From Candidatus Bathyarchaeota archaeon (GTDB lineage: Archaea; Thermoproteota; Bathyarchaeia; Bathyarchaeales; Bathycorpusculaceae), in assembly GCA_963782525.1 (NCBI GenBank), contig CAWAKC010000002.1, positions 52,443 through 116,442 on the forward strand: a DNA stretch of 64,000 nucleotides, given 5' to 3'. Positions 58,899 through 64,000 of the stretch are shown piece after piece. How positions within the stretch are numbered: position 1 is the first letter of the stretch; every line of letters begins with the position of its first letter. The position numbers and the translations under genes are program-made. A model generated the notes under the pieces. That model was not told the origin of the DNA. It searched no databases and saw only the letters and a list, made by a program, of their open reading frames with translations.

Positions 58899-58980
58899 GA
58901 ATTTTTAAGACTAAACTACAGGAAAACCAACCACATTAAAATAAGGCTCAGCAATTAACACAGGATTTCAGGGAAGAGAC

Positions 58981-60516
58981 TTGAAACGCCGGGTGGGTTT
59001 AGTCTATGTGCAGGGGGCATTGCCTTGCTTTGAAACGTTTGGTAACTTACCCACCGATATCGTTGGCGTAGATGGATTAGTAGATGGGTGCCGCGCTTCA
59101 GACATTCTGGACATGATAATCATCCCTGGAGGCAGCCTCGTAGAATCCAAAAGTATTGGGGCTCCTCTTGAAAAATCAATTTTGAAAATGGCTGAATCTG
59201 GCAAACTTGTCCTTGGAATTTGCTCGGGTTTTCAGATTCTTTCGAAGGGAACTGACATTGGTCGATTGTCTCCTACTCCAATTTGGAGAGCAGGTCTTGG
59301 CTTACTTGATGTCGAATTTAGACCTTTAATATGTACAGACCAAGTCAAAGCGACAATTGTTGGCGCTAACAGTTTAACTGGTGCTGTCGGCGCTGAAGTT
59401 TCAGGTTTCCACTGTCACACATATGGTGATATAACTCTACAAAAAAACGTAAAACCTTTCTTGATTTCGCACGTTAAACGTTTAAACTACGGTAGACAAA
59501 AACAAGATATCTTTTCTGGCGTTTCAAATCTTGAGGGCAATGTCATTGGAATTTTGCCTCATGCACTGTTGGATCAGAACCCAGTTATCGTTGAGGGAAT
59601 CAGCAAGTCCCTTGAAATAAGCGATGATGAACTGCAAGAGATCAAAAAAGCAAATTCAAAATTACAGGCTACTATGAAAGCCGAAATTGGAATTTCAGTA
59701 GATAAGTACCTAAAAGCCCAAGTCGATATTAAAGAAATGAAAATCCCTCGATTCCTGCTGATAACTGCTTTGGAAAGTGGTGGAGGCAAAACATTTGTGG
59801 CTACGGGCTTAGCGGGTGCTTTGAAGAGGAAAGGCTGGAATGTAGGTGTCATTAAGGTAGGAGGCGATATTCGAGACATCGTGCCTACTTTATATCTGAC
59901 CAAAGAGCCTATGCGGGACTATTCATCAATTATGGTTGCTGAAACAGGTTGGAAAAACGCTTTTGAAGCGGTAGAAGCCGCAAAAGACGATTATGATTTC
60001 GTCTTAATTGAGGGTGCAATGAATGCGTTCACGGGTCTTCTGTTTGACCAGCTTGAACGCCCCTGCTCCACCGCAGAAGTTGCTGCAGCTTTAGGTGTTC
60101 CAACAGTCATAGTTTCTGGCTGCGATAAAGAAGGAATCGAAGGAGGCATAGTAAACGCGCTTAACTACGTACATTTCTTCAAGAAGCTGGGAATTAAGAT
60201 TGCAGGCGTGATTTTGAACAGAGTTTACTTAGATTACATGAATGCGGAAACTCGGCTGGTTGTGAAAGAAGCGTTTGAGGGTGCTGGCGCTGAATTACTC
60301 GGCATAGTGCCTATTACTGATGCCGAAGGACGGGGCGCAATTCCCGAAATTGAGATTAGGTACGAAAAGTTTGGGGCAAAAGCCCTGGAAACTGCTGAGA
60401 ACTCTTTGAACTTAGAAAGAATTGTCGAGGTTGCTGCGCCTCTATCTGTGGTTAAGTTTGATTATGAGGCGTTTGTCGAGAAATTCAAAAAAGCCCTAAA
60501 AGCTTCTAAGCTTTAA
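58981..60516 (+). CDS. CobQ/CbiA-related amidotransferase with N-terminal GATase and C-terminal dethiobiotin-synthase-like ATPase domain
   Basis: IIPGGS, GICSGFQIL (class I GATase Cys), GFHCH, ESGGGKT Walker A, IEGAM, GVILN. Confidence 0.82.
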   Translation: MKRRVGLVYVQGALPCFETFGNLPTDIVGVDGLVDGCRASDILDMIIIPGGSLVESKSIGAPLEKSILKMAESGKLVLGICSGFQILSKGTDIGRLSPTPIWRAGLGLLDVEFRPLICTDQVKATIVGANSLTGAVGAEVSGFHCHTYGDITLQKNVKPFLISHVKRLNYGRQKQDIFSGVSNLEGNVIGILPHALLDQNPVIVEGISKSLEISDDELQEIKKANSKLQATMKAEIGISVDKYLKAQVDIKEMKIPRFLLITALESGGGKTFVATGLAGALKRKGWNVGVIKVGGDIRDIVPTLYLTKEPMRDYSSIMVAETGWKNAFEAVEAAKDDYDFVLIEGAMNAFTGLLFDQLERPCSTAEVAAALGVPTVIVSGCDKEGIEGGIVNALNYVHFFKKLGIKIAGVILNRVYLDYMNAETRLVVKEAFEGAGAELLGIVPITDAEGRGAIPEIEIRYEKFGAKALETAENSLNLERIVEVAAPLSVVKFDYEAFVEKFKKALKASKL

Positions 60517-60799
60517 TTGCAAAAATGACTAAACTTAAATTATTTTGCCTCAAGAGGAATTACAACTATCGGCGAGAAATCTCCGCTCAACGCTATGTTT
60601 CATAGACCATAAATGTTCTTTGAATGAAGAAAAGTGACAGCCATTTAGAAGCAATTTTAGGCTTCAAACAACTCTAGTGTAAATATTTTTTCTAAAGAAG
60701 TCTTGGGTGAAACAATAGTCTAATATACTTCTAGCGAAGAAACAGCATTTCTTGTGGCAAGCACTATGCTGCTTGTCAAAAAATCAAGGAAGAGAAAGA

Positions 60800-63448
60800 A
60801 TGAAGAAAAAAATTTCTATTTTTATTACAGCCATACTGATACTATCAATGACTTTGACACTTATTCCTCTAGAAACCGTTAACGCACATTATCCAATATA
60901 CACTTACCCCACATGGTGCTACAGCGTTGTAAGCAACAACATAATCGGCGTTGGCCAAACACAGAAAATTATCTTTTGGATCAACAGCGTACCCCCCACC
61001 GCAAACGGACAGTACGGTGACAGATGGCAGTTCACCGTAGACGTAATGCGACCTGACGGAAAAAATGACACTCTAGGACCTATCGCTTCTGACCCCGTCG
61101 GCAGCGGATACACAATGTATTCACCCGACATAACTGGCAATTACACCGTCGTCGTAAAATTCCCAACTACAGTTATAACTGGACTTCCCTTTAAACCTGG
61201 AGTACCAGACGCACAACAGCAAGGTTACGCATCAATAAACGACACCTACAAAGCGAGCGTAAGTGATCCTACAATCTTCGTGGTTCAACAAGACCCCATA
61301 CCTCTCTGGCTTGAAACACCCATGCCAACAGAATACTGGACTCGCCCAATCAATTGCGCAAACATATACTGGTACACACTTGCAGGAAACTGGTTGGGAG
61401 GCGCAGCCCAAAACGTCGGTCCAACAACCACTTTCGGATACGGTTCAGCACCTGAAAGTGCACACATAATGTGGTCAGCCCCTGGATTCACCGGAGGCGT
61501 TATGGATGAGCGATTCGGAGACTACGGCTATGTAACATCCCACTATGGAGGGCTATCATTCTCTCCGTACATACTGGATGGAAAAATCTTCTACAACGCC
61601 ATCAACCCAGAAATGAGTGAAGGCTGGTACTGCATGGACCTATACACTGGACAGCAACTGTACTACCGCAACACTACAGGTCAAGTGACCGGTATCGGTG
61701 GAGGCTTTGACTCAAACGGAGCTATCTCACAAGGTTCACTGTCGTTTGGTCAAATCTACGATCCAGAGTTAGCTAACCAAATGGGCGGTTACCCATACTT
61801 ATGGAGTACAACCGCAGCAACAGCCAACACATGGATGATGTATGACGCATACACAGGCAACTACATCTGCTCTATAAACAACGTTCCAACGTGGGCTTCA
61901 GGAGGCGGAGGAGGGCCCTTCGCAGCTGCAGGCGGCACCGCAGTCTACGGAAAAGACGGAAGTATACTTAGATATTACATAATTAACAACGGCACCACTG
62001 CAGCACCAAGCTATTATCTGCAATGCTGGAACACAACTCAAGCCATATGGTGGAAAGGCACCCAACAAATGTTCCAAAACGGAGACTACTCTGGCTTTTC
62101 AGGCAACAACTATGCCAGCTGGAGACCCTACCTAAATTACACCTTTGACGGCAGCCACGGCTACTCATTAAACATATCGCTACCCTTCAAATCAAGCCTA
62201 GGCAACATCTATGCGGTTCGCGAAGACAAATACATAATCGGTGGAACGCCAGGCACCAATAATGAACAGGGAGTTTCACAAGGTTACCTTTGGGCTTTGA
62301 ACTTAGATACCGCAAAAGGTACAATGGGATCGTTGCTTTGGAACGTTACCTTCACGCCACCCTCTTCAGCAGGCAACAAAACAATAAGCATGGGAACTGT
62401 TGACCCAGAAGATGGAGTCTTTTTGTTCTCATGTCCACAGACCAGGACACGTTGGGGATACAGCCTCGCAACAGGACAGCAAATTTGGCAAAGCGAACCT
62501 GAAGAACCAATGAAGTACTATGGCATGGGCAATACCAACATATACAATGGTATGCTCATATCTGGTACGTACCTTAACGGTGGAATATTGGTTAGCTACA
62601 ACATAACAACCGGTAAAGTCCTCTGGAAATATGAACCTCAACAAATCGGCACTGAATCACCCTTCGGCGATTACCCCGCAGAAATAGCCTGCATCGCAGA
62701 CGGCAAAATCTTCATCTACTCAAGTCCACTATGGCGCACCCAACCCCTATGGCGCGGCTCCTACGTACGATGCATCAACGCAACAGATGGAACGGAAATG
62801 TGGAAAGTACTCCACTATGGCTCAGTAGTTATCGCAGACGGCTACCTCTTAGGCTTAAACTACTATGACAACAAAATCTACAGTTACGGCAAAGGTCCAA
62901 GCGAATTAACTGTTGCAGCTCCTGATTCAGGCGTTGAAGTAGGAAAATCATTAGTGATTCATGGTTCAGTAACTGACATCTCGCCAGGCACAAAGCAAAC
63001 TGAACAAGCTGCACGTTTTCCAAATGGTGTCCCAGCAGTCTCAGACGACAGCGAAGAAGCATGGATGGAATATGTTTATTCGCAGCAAGCACGTCCAACA
63101 AATGCAACTGGTGTTCCAGTGAGAATTGATGTCATTGATGGCAATGGCAACTTCCGAACAATTGGCAACACAACTAGTGACGCTTCTGGATTCTATAGCT
63201 TTGATTGGAAACCAGATGTCCCCGGCAAATACACAGTTATTGCGACATTCGAAGGGTCCGCTTCTTATTGGCCTTCAAGCTCTCAAGCAGCCTTTGTAGC
63301 TGACGAAGTATCTCCACAGCAAACACAGCAACCAATAGTTGCTACCCAATCAAACGATGCCAACCTCTTCTATGCAACCGCAGCTATAATTCTAGCAATC
63401 GCAGTTGTAGGCGCACTAACACTGTTAGCCATAAGAAAGCGACCATAA
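60800..63448 (+). CDS. secreted PQQ-like beta-propeller surface protein with C-terminal TM anchor
   Basis: Signal peptide MKKKISIF...VNA; repeated D/N-x-x-TG-x-x-x-W propeller motifs; C-terminal Ig-like domain, TM, RKRP. Confidence 0.88.
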   Translation: MKKKISIFITAILILSMTLTLIPLETVNAHYPIYTYPTWCYSVVSNNIIGVGQTQKIIFWINSVPPTANGQYGDRWQFTVDVMRPDGKNDTLGPIASDPVGSGYTMYSPDITGNYTVVVKFPTTVITGLPFKPGVPDAQQQGYASINDTYKASVSDPTIFVVQQDPIPLWLETPMPTEYWTRPINCANIYWYTLAGNWLGGAAQNVGPTTTFGYGSAPESAHIMWSAPGFTGGVMDERFGDYGYVTSHYGGLSFSPYILDGKIFYNAINPEMSEGWYCMDLYTGQQLYYRNTTGQVTGIGGGFDSNGAISQGSLSFGQIYDPELANQMGGYPYLWSTTAATANTWMMYDAYTGNYICSINNVPTWASGGGGGPFAAAGGTAVYGKDGSILRYYIINNGTTAAPSYYLQCWNTTQAIWWKGTQQMFQNGDYSGFSGNNYASWRPYLNYTFDGSHGYSLNISLPFKSSLGNIYAVREDKYIIGGTPGTNNEQGVSQGYLWALNLDTAKGTMGSLLWNVTFTPPSSAGNKTISMGTVDPEDGVFLFSCPQTRTRWGYSLATGQQIWQSEPEEPMKYYGMGNTNIYNGMLISGTYLNGGILVSYNITTGKVLWKYEPQQIGTESPFGDYPAEIACIADGKIFIYSSPLWRTQPLWRGSYVRCINATDGTEMWKVLHYGSVVIADGYLLGLNYYDNKIYSYGKGPSELTVAAPDSGVEVGKSLVIHGSVTDISPGTKQTEQAARFPNGVPAVSDDSEEAWMEYVYSQQARPTNATGVPVRIDVIDGNGNFRTIGNTTSDASGFYSFDWKPDVPGKYTVIATFEGSASYWPSSSQAAFVADEVSPQQTQQPIVATQSNDANLFYATAAIILAIAVVGALTLLAIRKRP

Positions 63449-63465
63449 AAACCGCTTAATCAATA

Positions 63466-63486
63466 TCTTCTTTTTTTTATTTTTTC
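63466..63486 (+). terminator. oligo-T terminator
   Basis: CTTCTTTTTTTTATTTTTT after the stop codon. Confidence 0.55.
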
Positions 63487-63879
63487 AACCGACCAATCTT
63501 TAAACGCAGCCAATTTTGTTAAAAAGCCTACTGACTATCGTGCAATACCTAAAGAACCAACAATAATACGCTATTATGGTTAATCCGATAGCAAAAACAA
63601 TCGTCGGTCTAATCGTCGGACTCAAGGCTGGAATAAATAGGCTAAACAGCTGACATAGCACTTAGAGCTTTTTCGTACCTTTTGGAACGATTATACGTTT
63701 GATTGCTTGTCGGGCGTAATCTATGGACTTATCTCTTTCTTTATTTGCCTTTTAAGCTACGCTTGAATGTCTTCTGTCATCTTGCTCAAGAAGGAACGCC
63801 TCCTGAGTAATTAAAAACTTCTGAATCAGGTCAATTTAGCCTGGATTTTCCAATAGTCTTTTCTGGGGGCATGGCTAAA

Positions 63880-63887
63880 CTTAAATA
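63880..63887 (+). promoter_or_regulatory. TATA box of tRNA-Asn
   Basis: CTTAAATA preceded by AAA, ~37 nt before the mature tRNA 5' end. Confidence 0.6.
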
Positions 63888-63923
63888 GTCTTGTGAAACT
63901 GAAAGAGGAGAGAACAAGGGTTT

Positions 63924-64000
63924 GCCGCCGTTGCACAGCCCGGTAGTGCAACTGACTGTTAATCAGTAGGTCAAAGGTTCGAGTCCTTTCGGCGGCGCCA
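63924..64000 (+). tRNA. tRNA-Asn(GTT), intronless, CCA encoded
   Basis: Acceptor GCCGCCG/CGGCGGC+GCCA, anticodon arm ACTGA-CTGTTAA-TCAGT, T arm AAAGG-TTCGAGT-CCTTT. Confidence 0.97.

Noticed and set aside
3386-63107. Numerous 60-200 aa track ORFs antisense to or nested in confident genes (e.g. 30143..30715, 38713..39303, 35573..35941)
   Set aside because: Shadow ORFs overlapping well-supported CDSs, without independent motifs.
63660-63800. Possible gene remnant on the minus strand before tRNA-Asn
   Set aside because: Fragments are short, interrupted by stops and match no family I recognise; no integrase signature.

Overview
Archaeal chromosomal segment, most consistent with Bathyarchaeia. 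This is inferred from archaeal-type pheST/asnS, mch, porGDAB, a class III signal-peptide pilin, TATA/BRE promoters and many PQQ-propeller, Kelch and CARDB surface proteins. Positions ~100-21,400 form an AT-rich, low-coding-density accessory region with no visible integrase or transposase. It holds three intact and one decayed HTH_45-like winged-helix paralogs and three CxC-x19-H-x3-H zinc proteins (a fourth lies at 24.3 kb). It also holds several unannotated Cys-rich microproteins, an alkA pseudogene, a DUF1724 regulator/UbiA pair and a 1146-aa pilin-PKD adhesin. The rest is mainly housekeeping and metabolic genes. Main candidates: (1) a tight operon at 45.6-50.6 kb joining a double-cubane-cluster (DCCP)-like reductase to a BzdP/BzdQ-type ATPase pair, a BzdM-like ferredoxin and two membrane redox proteins; (2) the zinc-protein/winged-helix paralog system; (3) a ~146-nt rod-shaped intergenic hairpin at 53,840-53,985 flanked by TATA boxes, a candidate ncRNA. 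Single-base frameshifts in pheS and asnS suggest residual indel errors, so other 1-2 nt frameshifts should be read cautiously. The window ends exactly at the CCA of tRNA-Asn and may begin inside the SRP RNA gene. All family assignments come from motif recognition by eye; no searches were run.
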